This document shows positions 24,496-32,358 of a DNA stretch of 64,000 nucleotides, piece after piece (position 1 is the first letter of the stretch; each line of letters opens with the position of its first letter). A program made the translations under genes and the position numbers. This stretch comes from a virus, in the IMG/VR virus record IMGVR_UViG_3300044632_002025. One strand, given 5' to 3'. A model generated the notes under the pieces. It was not told the origin of the DNA, did not search any database, and worked only from the letters and a program-made list of their open reading frames with translations.

Positions 24496-26169
24496 CTAGA
24501 TAAGCTGAAAGAAATTTGCCGCAACAAACTGTCCTACAGCTAACCCCATGTTAAAAGAATCAATACTAGCCTCCCGGACGTGAACTCCGCCATAAACACG
24601 GCTGAGGGCATCTTCCAATCCCGCTTCATAGAAGCTATCGAAATGACGAACGATACCTGGAAGTTCTTGGGAGACAGCACTAAACACATAGTTGTCACCA
24701 AAATACTCGGTCATCACTCCCGCAAATGCTCCCCCCATGGCAGAATGTCCTGACATATAATCTGGGAAAGGTGGGGAATTAACCCCCATTAATTCTGACA
24801 GCAAGGGTTTCCAATTGGGGTCGCCCACCGTATCAGCTATCCCGTCATTAGCCGCAAATCCTCCAGCAATTACGTCATCGGGGCGAGGTTGGAGTTCAGT
24901 GTATTTTTCTTTCCAAGCAACGATTACCGAATCTGCCAGCGCAGTATTTAAAGCGGCAAATAGGCTGGCATCTTCTTGTAAGGTATTGCCCTCACGCACG
25001 GCGATTTCTTGAGCAATTTGATTTAAGTGACCATAGGGACGGAAGGTATCAGCCCGGTCATAAGCCCAGAAAACAGCCATTTCTGTCTGGTCTGCATTGC
25101 GTAAAGTGGTAGTGAGAGCAGTGTTTTCCAATCCCCCATAGAGCCGGACTTCTTCAATTTCTTGGGCATACAATGTAGGATTTGTGTCAGGACGGCCATC
25201 AAGAGTCACATCAAGTTGATTGTCCGCAACAAACTGGTCAATGTCGCCAATTGTCCAAGTATCTACTCCCCCCCAATTCGCACCAACTGCTACCCCAGCA
25301 GTAGGGCCGGAGGTTTCTGGTCGCCAAACGTAGTCTCCCAGTGGCGGAGTGAAAGGTGTATTGTCGTTAGAACCATCATTAGCCCGTAAATTGATGCTCT
25401 GATTGGCCACTGAAATACCAAAATCAAACCCCTGGCTTTTCGCAATGGCACTGTCCTGAATCTCTGCCAGAGAATTAGATAATTGCTGTGAGAACAAACT
25501 ACTTTGTCCAGGTAATTGAGTAGAAAGAACTTGATAAGCCGCACCAACTACCGCCGCCTCTAACGAGGTATTTGTTGGTGCGTTCACATTTACAGCGTAG
25601 GAGGGATATAAAGTGTTGAAGGCATTGACCGTATCATAGACGGCAGTAGAAACCAACGCCATTAAGCGAGAACCTACTGTCGGTGCGACTCCCCGACCCG
25701 CTTTTCCTTCAGCTTGAATTGCATTTAAGGCGACCGCATTCCAGTCGATGACGGCGTTAGTATTGAGTCCCGATACTAATTTACTGGTGACATTATTGGT
25801 TTCCAGTTGTTCGGCAATTTGGTTATTTGCATCAACTTGAGCGATGAGAAAGTAAGCCCCTGGAGCGATGACTGAAGTATTGTTTTGATACGTTAAGTCC
25901 AAGGTAACTGACTGCCCAGCATTTAGGTTCAAGTTTGTGCTGACACTGGTGAGTAAGGCATCGTTACTGTCAATCTGACCGTCAGTAGAAATGTACAGGT
26001 TGACAGTAATGAGACCATTGGCAATCCCCGCTCGATTGGTGACAGAACTGAGACCTTTATTGGTAAGAATTACCTGTGCGCTTCCCTGAGACCCGAAGTC
26101 AACCGTAGTTGGTAAATTTATCGTGCCAAAACTGGCCACTAAATCTGGTAGATTAGGAAAGTTGAACAT
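24496..26169 (-). CDS. Vanadium-dependent haloperoxidase / PAP2 (acid phosphatase) superfamily protein with an N-terminal CARDB-like domain
   Basis: KYTELQPRP (Kx6RP), YMSGHS (PSGH-like) and SRVYGGVHVRE (SRx5H) are the three PAP2/V-haloperoxidase motifs. The N-terminal ~130 aa resemble CARDB (VTLDLTY...YFLIAQVDANNQIAE.ETNN). Confidence 0.75.
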   Translation of the reverse strand: MFNFPNLPDLVASFGTINLPTTVDFGSQGSAQVILTNKGLSSVTNRAGIANGLITVNLYISTDGQIDSNDALLTSVSTNLNLNAGQSVTLDLTYQNNTSVIAPGAYFLIAQVDANNQIAEQLETNNVTSKLVSGLNTNAVIDWNAVALNAIQAEGKAGRGVAPTVGSRLMALVSTAVYDTVNAFNTLYPSYAVNVNAPTNTSLEAAVVGAAYQVLSTQLPGQSSLFSQQLSNSLAEIQDSAIAKSQGFDFGISVANQSINLRANDGSNDNTPFTPPLGDYVWRPETSGPTAGVAVGANWGGVDTWTIGDIDQFVADNQLDVTLDGRPDTNPTLYAQEIEEVRLYGGLENTALTTTLRNADQTEMAVFWAYDRADTFRPYGHLNQIAQEIAVREGNTLQEDASLFAALNTALADSVIVAWKEKYTELQPRPDDVIAGGFAANDGIADTVGDPNWKPLLSELMGVNSPPFPDYMSGHSAMGGAFAGVMTEYFGDNYVFSAVSQELPGIVRHFDSFYEAGLEDALSRVYGGVHVREASIDSFNMGLAVGQFVAANFFQLI

Positions 26170-26366
26170 TTGACTCCTTTATTAAGTATATGTCTAATAT
26201 ATCAGGGTTTACTAGGTATTGTCAAGCCCTCATATATTAGAATAACTTATCTATAACTATGGGCGTTGCTTATACATGGATACACCGATTGACAATATGG
26301 TTAAGGATGGACTAAGATAGACAATACACCCAAAATAATAACAGACCCTAGATTAGGATAAAAGAT

Positions 26367-27128
26367 ATGTCAGAGCAAGCGATTTTCGGTAAACTATTCA
26401 AGGCCAAGAGAAACTGGTCTGTAATGCCGATACAATCTGGAAACTGTGTACCTGGAGCAGAAAAGACCGTACAGAAAGCACTTCAGGCACGGTTATTGGA
26501 ACTACCCGTAGGCGAATGGATTAAAGAAGGAGCCAGACGGGAAAAGCGTTGGTTAAGCGAAGATGGCTTGCGTTTGTTGGCCTCTAATTTTAAAGATGAG
26601 CAAAAACACGATGAGCAATTAGATTATTGCTACCGTAACTTAACTCTATGTGACCGTGAGACTAAAGCGGAAATAGAAAAGGAATCTCAAGAAATCATCC
26701 AGAAATGGTTCAAGATGGGTGAAAAATACCACCCCATCTTAGTCACTTGGATTGCTGAACAATCTGTATTCTTTCCCGTACTAACCATCTACCGAAGACT
26801 AGGCGGTGTACAGTTGGCTAGTGTGGCCTCCGAGATTAGTCGAGATGAGGCTATCCATGCCCGTACCAATGGTACTATGTCAAAAATGCTAGGTCAACAA
26901 ATAACGCCTGAATTAGACGACCTAAGACAGGAAACGATGGAATGGCTCACCAGTGACTTAGATGGCTCTATAGATGGCATTTACGGGCAACAGAAAAGCT
27001 ATCTTGACCAGTCTTACAAACTACTACATGAGGGAAATTATATAGAGTTTAAAGATACCAGTGCCGCTATCATGGTGGGATTCTTTGAGACCCACCGTAG
27101 CCATATCCCCCGCTACGGAACCGTATAG
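26367..27128 (+). CDS. Ferritin-like diiron-carboxylate protein, RNR small-subunit (R2)-like
   Basis: ISRDEAIHARTNG parallels E. coli R2 IARDEALHLTGTQ. A first ExxH candidate is EQKH, and there is a Glu 30 residues before the second ExxH. At 253 aa it is shorter than canonical R2. Confidence 0.5.
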   Translation: MSEQAIFGKLFKAKRNWSVMPIQSGNCVPGAEKTVQKALQARLLELPVGEWIKEGARREKRWLSEDGLRLLASNFKDEQKHDEQLDYCYRNLTLCDRETKAEIEKESQEIIQKWFKMGEKYHPILVTWIAEQSVFFPVLTIYRRLGGVQLASVASEISRDEAIHARTNGTMSKMLGQQITPELDDLRQETMEWLTSDLDGSIDGIYGQQKSYLDQSYKLLHEGNYIEFKDTSAAIMVGFFETHRSHIPRYGTV

Positions 27129-27144
27129 TCCTAACCCTTGCAAT

Positions 27145-27174
27145 AAACCCACCCAATCAAGGGTGGGTTTTGGA
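27145..27174 (+). terminator. Hairpin terminator after the R2-like gene
   Basis: AAACCCACCC / GGGTGGGTTT 10-bp stem with a 6-nt loop, followed by a weak T tract. Confidence 0.5.
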
Positions 27175-27196
27175 TTTAATAGGGAGGTTCAAATTG

Positions 27197-27577
27197 TCAC
27201 GGCTTTTGAAGGAACAAGCACCCTAGAACATTCGAGGGGTTATCCGAATCTCGGACGATTGCGCCAGGGGCCAAGCAGTCCGTTCGCCCTTGCTTACTAG
27301 CGGCCGCCGCCACTAGCCCCGATACAATGTAAAACGTCCCATCCACAGGGTCGGGTAATCCCACAATTTCCCCGTAGATGACAGCTTCTACAGGGATACC
27401 GTCAATAGGTTCCGATGGTTGGTTGTCCAGTTTAACACGGGGGAGAATCCCTGATGCTGGGATTTCTTTGTGAATCACGATTGATTCTTTGGTTCCCAAG
27501 AATTGTTTCTTAGCATCCTGAGTGATGCTAGTTCTGCCTAAAATTGTGATGTTGTGCGGGGTAGCGTTTATTAGCAT
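27197..27577 (-). CDS. Hypothetical protein
   Basis: 126-aa ORF with its own promoter (GGCTTGACA...TATAGT, 27600-27640) preceded by a 15-bp-arm hairpin. Confidence 0.6.
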   Translation of the reverse strand: MLINATPHNITILGRTSITQDAKKQFLGTKESIVIHKEIPASGILPRVKLDNQPSEPIDGIPVEAVIYGEIVGLPDPVDGTFYIVSGLVAAAASKQGRTDCLAPGAIVRDSDNPSNVLGCLFLQKP

Positions 27578-27687
27578 AATCTTAGCTCCGTTGGTATGTT
27601 ACTACTATATCAGGGTTTATTAGGTATTGTCAAGCCCTAATTAATAAGGATTTCTTATAGTTGAATGATAAGAAATCCTTATAGGGG

Positions 27688-27969
27688 TTAGTCTTTTTTG
27701 GCTAAATATTCCCGATAAAGTCTTTCCCGCTCTATCCAGAAACTGGACGGAGTTCCTAACACTAACTCTATCTGTAAAGCGGTATCGCTAGTAATCTCCG
27801 CTTTACCTTTTATGACCTCATTGATAGTCTCTCTTGGTCTGCCCATGCGTTGGGCGAGTTCCGATTGAGACATATTTCTTTCCTCTAGGATTTCAGCAAG
27901 GGTTTCACCTGGTGGAGAAATAAAATCCGGTACATACCTGTTCTCAATAGTATTAGTCATGGGTGTCAT
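27688..27969 (-). CDS. higA: HigA-family XRE-type HTH antitoxin-like protein (solitary)
   Basis: PPGETLAEILEERNMSQSELAQRMGRPRETINEVIKGKAEITSDTALQIELVLGTPSSFW follows the HigA/VapI pattern HPGEiLxE...GlsqxeLAxxLgvsrxtIneivnGkrxIt.dmAlrLaxxfGts.xfW. Confidence 0.8.
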   Translation of the reverse strand: MTPMTNTIENRYVPDFISPPGETLAEILEERNMSQSELAQRMGRPRETINEVIKGKAEITSDTALQIELVLGTPSSFWIERERLYREYLAKKD

Positions 27970-28047
27970 CTTAGAAGTTCCTCTTGTTTTGGTTTGAATC
28001 TGGTTAACCCGGTGAAGTGAGTGGGTTAACCCTTTGCTTATGTTTCC

Positions 28048-28112
28048 ATTATGCCTTACTTTTTAGGGTCTGTCAACCCTTTTTAAAGTGGACACTTTCT
28101 AAACTGTCCACT
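28048..28112 (-). promoter_or_regulatory. Palindrome-plus-promoter cassette (drives the higA-like gene)
   Basis: On the minus strand: AGTGGACA-N10-TGTCCACT (28087-28112), TTGACA (28071-28076), 17 nt, CATAAT (28048-28053). Confidence 0.6.
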
Positions 28113-28119
28113 GTCTCAC

Positions 28120-28269
28120 TTAGTAAGGTTTGCATTCACCACTGACCACTTCCAAGTCCGTACAGACTTTATTATTCGCCAGTGGTGATTCCTGAGAGAG
28201 ATTAACCACCCCCCACAGAATAAAAGGAGCCAATAAAGTAAATACTGCCAGTGTGTAAATTTTGTTCAT
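28120..28269 (-). CDS. Small hydrophobic-N-terminus peptide (49 aa)
   Basis: MNKIYTLAVFTLLAPFILWGVVNLSQESPLANNKVCTDLEVVSGECKPY. Own TTGACA-N17-CATAAT promoter upstream (about 28284-28312). Below the ORF track cutoff. Confidence 0.3.
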   Translation of the reverse strand: MNKIYTLAVFTLLAPFILWGVVNLSQESPLANNKVCTDLEVVSGECKPY

Positions 28270-28489
28270 TGCACATTTCCGTTCTATGTATCAATTATGC
28301 CTTACTTTTTAGGGTCTGTCAAGTAGGTCAATCATTAATCTTTCTCATAGGATTGATAATGGTAACTTATATAAGATTAGCTTAACCGTTAGATAGTTTT
28401 TACTTATATAAGTCTTACTTAAGAAATTGATAAGGCTACCTTATCTGAGGGCGGCCTTTAAGATTTATTTATTTTTGGTTTTATCTAGT

Positions 28490-28723
28490 AACCGTTGTAC
28501 CCGTTCTTGCATCTTTACCCACGCATAACTTGTATAGGCATAGGTGAACCTACCCACTCACGCACCTGCAATGGACTCCCCTACACGCACCTGCAATGAA
28601 CCTACCCACTCACACACCTGCAATAAACTCCTTTACCTGCAATAAACCCACCCCTGATTAAGATTGCAGGGGTGGGTTTATTGGTATGTATCCATTATAG
28701 CAAAGTTGGGTCTAGGTTGTCAA
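28490..28723 (-). ncRNA. Candidate noncoding transcription unit with ATTGCAGG repeats
   Basis: TTGACA (28718-28723), 18 nt, TATAAT (28694-28699). The transcript would start with a perfect 17-bp hairpin (28639-28655/28666-28682), then four ATTGCAGG-containing repeats and a conserved block. No ORF of 60 aa or more. Confidence 0.35.
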
Positions 28724-28777
28724 GCCCCAATCAATAAGGATTTCTTATCATTCAACCATAAGAAATCCTTATTGGGG

Positions 28778-29200
28778 TTAGGCTTTAGAGGTTAAAGCTT
28801 CAACTAATTGGGCTTTTTTCAAACTTCCATAGTTTTTAACTTTTTTCTTACGAGCCATAGCTTTCAATTCTCGGATATTTAGGTTTGTAAGGGTAAAATC
28901 AGGGACAGGTTCAACGGTGGCAGGGACAGGTTCAAGGGTAAAATCAGGAACAGGTTCAGGGGTAAAATCAGGGACAGGTTCAGGGGTAAAATCAGGGACA
29001 GGTTCAGGGGTAAAATCAGGGACAGGTTCAACGATGGTCGGAGGGGTTTCTACCCCTACAAAGGATTTATGGGGGGTTTTAGTAAAAACCTCGTCAATGA
29101 AGTGGATACAAGCTGATACCGATGCAAAGAACATTAGAACAGAGATACTAAAATGAACCGTTTGTCCTAGAATTAGATTAGCCAGTTGATAATTTGACAT
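28778..29200 (-). CDS. Membrane-anchored protein with (EPVPDFTP)5 linker and a C-terminal Rho_N/HeH-like motif
   Basis: N-terminal hydrophobic segment VHFSISVLMFFASVSACIHF, five tandem EPVPDFT(P/L) units (24-bp DNA repeats, about 28925-29040), and a tail LNIRELKAMARKKKVKNYGSLKKAQLVEAL like Rho_N/SAP/HeH motifs. Confidence 0.6.
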   Translation of the reverse strand: MSNYQLANLILGQTVHFSISVLMFFASVSACIHFIDEVFTKTPHKSFVGVETPPTIVEPVPDFTPEPVPDFTPEPVPDFTPEPVPDFTLEPVPATVEPVPDFTLTNLNIRELKAMARKKKVKNYGSLKKAQLVEALTSKA

Positions 29201-29277
29201 TCGATTTGTCCTCTTGTTTTGGTTTGAACTTGGTTAACCCGGTGAAGTGAGTGGGTTAACTTTTTGCCTATGTTACT

Positions 29278-29342
29278 ATTATGGCATTTTTCATCCAGTA
29301 TGTCAAGTCTTTTTGGAGTGGACAGTTTAGGAAGTGTCCACT
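29278..29342 (-). promoter_or_regulatory. Palindrome-plus-promoter cassette (drives 28778..29200)
   Basis: AGTGGACA-N10-TGTCCACT (29317-29342), TTGACA (29301-29306), 17 nt, CATAAT (29278-29283). Confidence 0.6.
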
Positions 29343-29351
29343 GTCCACTGT

Positions 29352-29657
29352 CTAAGCCTCTACTACCCTTCCATATTCTATAAACTGGAATACTTGTTCA
29401 TTTACAGGGTCATTCCAGTTCACAATCACATTCCCTGTTTTAAACTCCAAGTCTGCCATAAAGTCAACTAACTCAGATAAATCAGCATTATATTCTAACC
29501 ATTCCTTTATTCCTTCTTTAACATCCCCCTTCTGTTCTATTTTTTCGTCAATATCCAATAGCTCACTACTGTCTATCGTTAACTCTTGACACTGAAAAAA
29601 GGATTTATCGTACCGACCGTACCCAATTAATTTGATAGAGCTTTTAACGTACTTCAT
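29352..29657 (-). CDS. Accessory family F1 protein (paralog of 30164..30448 and 36887..37189)
   Basis: Shared MKY..VKS...EKI.Q.GDVKEGI.EWL.YN...DFMADLEFK.GNV.V.W.DP core. Confidence 0.65.
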   Translation of the reverse strand: MKYVKSSIKLIGYGRYDKSFFQCQELTIDSSELLDIDEKIEQKGDVKEGIKEWLEYNADLSELVDFMADLEFKTGNVIVNWNDPVNEQVFQFIEYGRVVEA

Positions 29658-29764
29658 GGTTTTTGGTTCCTGTTTGTTTTGGTTTATGTATCTACTATAG
29701 CAATATTTCTAGGGTCTGTCAAGTAGGTAAATCATTAATCTTTCTTATGGGATTGATAATGGTT

Positions 29765-30007
29765 ACTTATATAAGATTAACTTAACCGTTAGATAGTTTT
29801 TACTTATATAAGATTAGCTTATCCGTTAGATAGTTTTTACTTATATAAGATTAGCTTATCTGTTAGATAGTTTTTACTTATATAAGATTAGCTTATCCGT
29901 TAGATAGTTTTTACTTATATAAGATTAGCTTATCCGTTAGATAGTTTTTACTTATATAAGATTAGCTTATCCGTTAGATAGTTTTTACTTATATAAGATT
30001 AGCTTAT
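29765..30007. repeat. Tandem array, 37-bp unit, 6.6 copies
   Basis: ACTTATATAAGATTAGCTTATCCGTTAGATAGTTTTT starts at 29765, 29802, 29839, 29876, 29913, 29950 and 29987 (partial). Each unit holds the 10-bp palindrome CTTATATAAG. Confidence 0.95.
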
Positions 30008-30163
30008 GGGATGTACTCCCCTACACACCTGCAATGAACTAACCCCTACACACCTGCAATAAACTCCCCTACACATACCTGCAATGGACTAACCCTTGTC
30101 AACCCTTTTTGAGGTGGACAGTTTGGGAACTGTCCACTTTCTAAGCCCCTAGTTACGGGTTAT

Positions 30164-30448
30164 TTAGTAATCCCCATAGTAACAATCACAGAATTTATTC
30201 TCACTTTCAGGGTCTGTCCAGTCTATAACTACATTCCCAGAGCTAAATTCTAAGTCGGCCATAAAGTCAGTAATTCCAGAATAATCACCAGCATTATCTA
30301 TTATCCATTCTTTGACAACCCCCCTTACTTCATGGCCTGCTTTAACTTTTTCCTCAATTTCCATTAATTGATAGCTGTCTAGAGTAATTCCTAGACACTG
30401 TAATGGGTCATACCATCTGATTAAACTTTTAACTACTGTGTACTTCAT
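30164..30448 (-). CDS. Accessory family F1 protein
   Basis: MKYTVVKSLIR...VVKEWIIDNAGDYSGITDFMADLEFSSGNVVIDWTDPESE, paralogous to 29352 and 36887. Confidence 0.65.
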   Translation of the reverse strand: MKYTVVKSLIRWYDPLQCLGITLDSYQLMEIEEKVKAGHEVRGVVKEWIIDNAGDYSGITDFMADLEFSSGNVVIDWTDPESENKFCDCYYGDY

Positions 30449-30487
30449 TTTCGCTTTCCTCGTTGGTTTGTTTCGGTTTATGTTTCT

Positions 30488-30552
30488 ATTATGGCATTGT
30501 TCCTAACCCTTGTCAACCCTTTTGGGAGTGGACAGTTTAGAAAGTGTCCACT
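30488..30552 (-). promoter_or_regulatory. Palindrome-plus-promoter cassette (drives 30164..30448)
   Basis: AGTGGACA-N10-TGTCCACT (30527-30552), TTGACA (30511-30516), 17 nt, CATAAT (30488-30493). Confidence 0.6.
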
Positions 30553-30650
30553 GTCTGCTTTAAACTTTTTTCAAGAGTTAATGTATTAGGATAACTTATC
30601 AGGGTTATAATAGTTACTAATGGGTTAGGGTTAACTCTTGATTATTTTTT

Positions 30651-30992
30651 CTAGGCAGGTATAGCGTACCGTGTACGGTCTAGGCTTTCATGGGCATCGA
30701 TAGTATTGTTTAACCAGACCGTAACGACTGTCCAGTGTAGGGGTGTTTTGGCAGAAAGCACCATGACCAAGTCTTTGGTGCTTGAGTATTGAAAACGGTA
30801 AACATATTGGGGAACTTCTCTGGTCAAGTTTAATTCTATCAACTTACCGCTTGAGGGTTTTATGACAGTCGGTAAATCAATAGCACCGTCTGTCATGGCC
30901 TCTATCCGTGCATGGTTGCTGTACCGTAGGCTACGTTTAGCTATAGGAAACTGGAAATCTTTAGGAAACCCTATCAAATAGTGGTAAATCAT
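30651..30992 (-). CDS. Hypothetical protein
   Basis: 113-aa ORF with its own TTGACAGACCCTAGAAATATTGCTATAGT promoter. Confidence 0.55.
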   Translation of the reverse strand: MIYHYLIGFPKDFQFPIAKRSLRYSNHARIEAMTDGAIDLPTVIKPSSGKLIELNLTREVPQYVYRFQYSSTKDLVMVLSAKTPLHWTVVTVWLNNTIDAHESLDRTRYAIPA

Positions 30993-31303
30993 GGTTGGTA
31001 CTTATCAGGGGGGCTTGTTTTCTTTCATGTTACTACTATAGCAATATTTCTAGGGTCTGTCAAGTAGTTCATTCATTAATCTTTCTTATGGAATTGATAA
31101 TGGTAACTTATATAAGATTAGCTTATCAGAGTCGTCCATCATTACCCACGCATAACCCGTATAGGTGTAGGGGGGAGTTCACCTACACACACACACCTGC
31201 AATGAAAACACACCAACCAACGAGGTTAGGGTTTTCATTGTGGCAATATTTCTAGGGCCTGTCAAGGGTTAACCAGTTTAAATTTTGGTTAACCCTGAGT
31301 TAA

Positions 31304-31696
31304 CTATTCAAACCGGTATAAGTCAATATACCCTTTGGTTTTTAGAATTTCTACCAATGAATAAGGGAAATGATTAGCTAAGTCTATGAACCATAATCGG
31401 TCATAAATTATACTTAACTCACCATCATAATCACAGTAATAATCATCAGTCAGGAAAAAGTAATCTCCCATGCCCTCAACACGAGGAGATAACCATTCGT
31501 CGCATAACGCATCCTCTAACAAGTCATACCATAAGTAATCCGCAGGTTTATCGAAAAACTCTGGATTTTCCTCTAATTCTTGAAAAAATGCTAAAGTAGG
31601 GACTAGGTATATTACATCATCCAGTCTATAGATACTAATGTATTCCCCCTCACGCACTAGGTTGTCTTGGAATCTTTCGCTTAGTATGAATAACAT
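31304..31696 (-). CDS. Acidic hypothetical protein
   Basis: 130-aa ORF rich in D/E/Y/W. Own GGCTTGACA...TATAGT promoter (about 31725-31760). Confidence 0.6.
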   Translation of the reverse strand: MLFILSERFQDNLVREGEYISIYRLDDVIYLVPTLAFFQELEENPEFFDKPADYLWYDLLEDALCDEWLSPRVEGMGDYFFLTDDYYCDYDGELSIIYDRLWFIDLANHFPYSLVEILKTKGYIDLYRFE

Positions 31697-31870
31697 TTTT
31701 TGGCTCCCTTTTGGTTCGGTATGTTACTACTATATCAGGGTTTACTAGGTATTGTCAAGCCCTCAACTATTAGAATTTCTTATCAGTGGGTATAAGAGAA
31801 ACTTATCCACTCCGTCGTCCATCTTTACCCTCACATAACCCGTATAGGCATAGGTGAACCTACTTACTCA

Positions 31871-31940
31871 CATACCTGCAATGGACTCCCCTACACATAC
31901 CTGCAATGGACTCCCCTACACATACCTGCAATGGACTCCC
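31871..31940. repeat. Tandem 25-bp repeat, 2.8 copies (CATACCTGCAATGGACTCCCCTACA)
   Basis: Units at 31871, 31896 and 31921 (partial). Member of the CCTGCAAT/ATTGCAGG repeat family. Confidence 0.9.
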
Positions 31941-31980
31941 TAATCCTATTGGTTGGGTTAGGGAGTATTGCAGGGGTTAA

Positions 31981-32358
31981 TTATCCTTGATGTACACAGT
32001 AGTTAAAATCATATTCAAACAATAACAGATTGACTCGCCGGAAAAGAGAATCGTAACGGTCTGAACGAAGATGTAGGGAGTAGGATGTATAGTAGTATTG
32101 GTCTGGGTCTGGGTCTTCTGGGTCTTCACTGGAAAACCAATTGCTTAAGTCGTTAGAACTGTTAGCGACAATCCCTAAACTGTGCGCTAATTTGATTAGA
32201 TTATCCAAGCCTATTTCCGATATTTCTTGCCAGTAATCCTCAGAAGAATAATCAGATTCGTAGTGAGTACCCTTGAAATAATACCCTTGTTCCAAATATC
32301 CCCAATCGAATGCTGACTCTGGTGTAACATACTGATAGACGATTCTAAATTGAGACAT
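31981..32358 (-). CDS. Acidic hypothetical protein
   Basis: 125-aa ORF rich in D/E/Y/S, with a promoter containing the GGGTTAAC element at 32412-32447. Confidence 0.6.
   Translation of the reverse strand: MSQFRIVYQYVTPESAFDWGYLEQGYYFKGTHYESDYSSEDYWQEISEIGLDNLIKLAHSLGIVANSSNDLSNWFSSEDPEDPDPDQYYYTSYSLHLRSDRYDSLFRRVNLLLFEYDFNYCVHQG

Noticed and set aside
27061-27300. 79-aa plus-strand ORF spanning the R2-like gene end and the terminator
   Set aside because: It overlaps the 3' end of 26367..27128, crosses its terminator hairpin and runs antisense into 27197..27577.
28917-29156. 79-aa plus-strand ORF (GTGSGVKS repeats)
   Set aside because: It is the antisense translation of the EPVPDFTP repeat region of 28778..29200, which has the promoter, RBS and domain logic.
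29765-30007. Possible CRISPR array
   Set aside because: The units are contiguous 37-bp tandem repeats with no unique spacers, and no cas genes are present.
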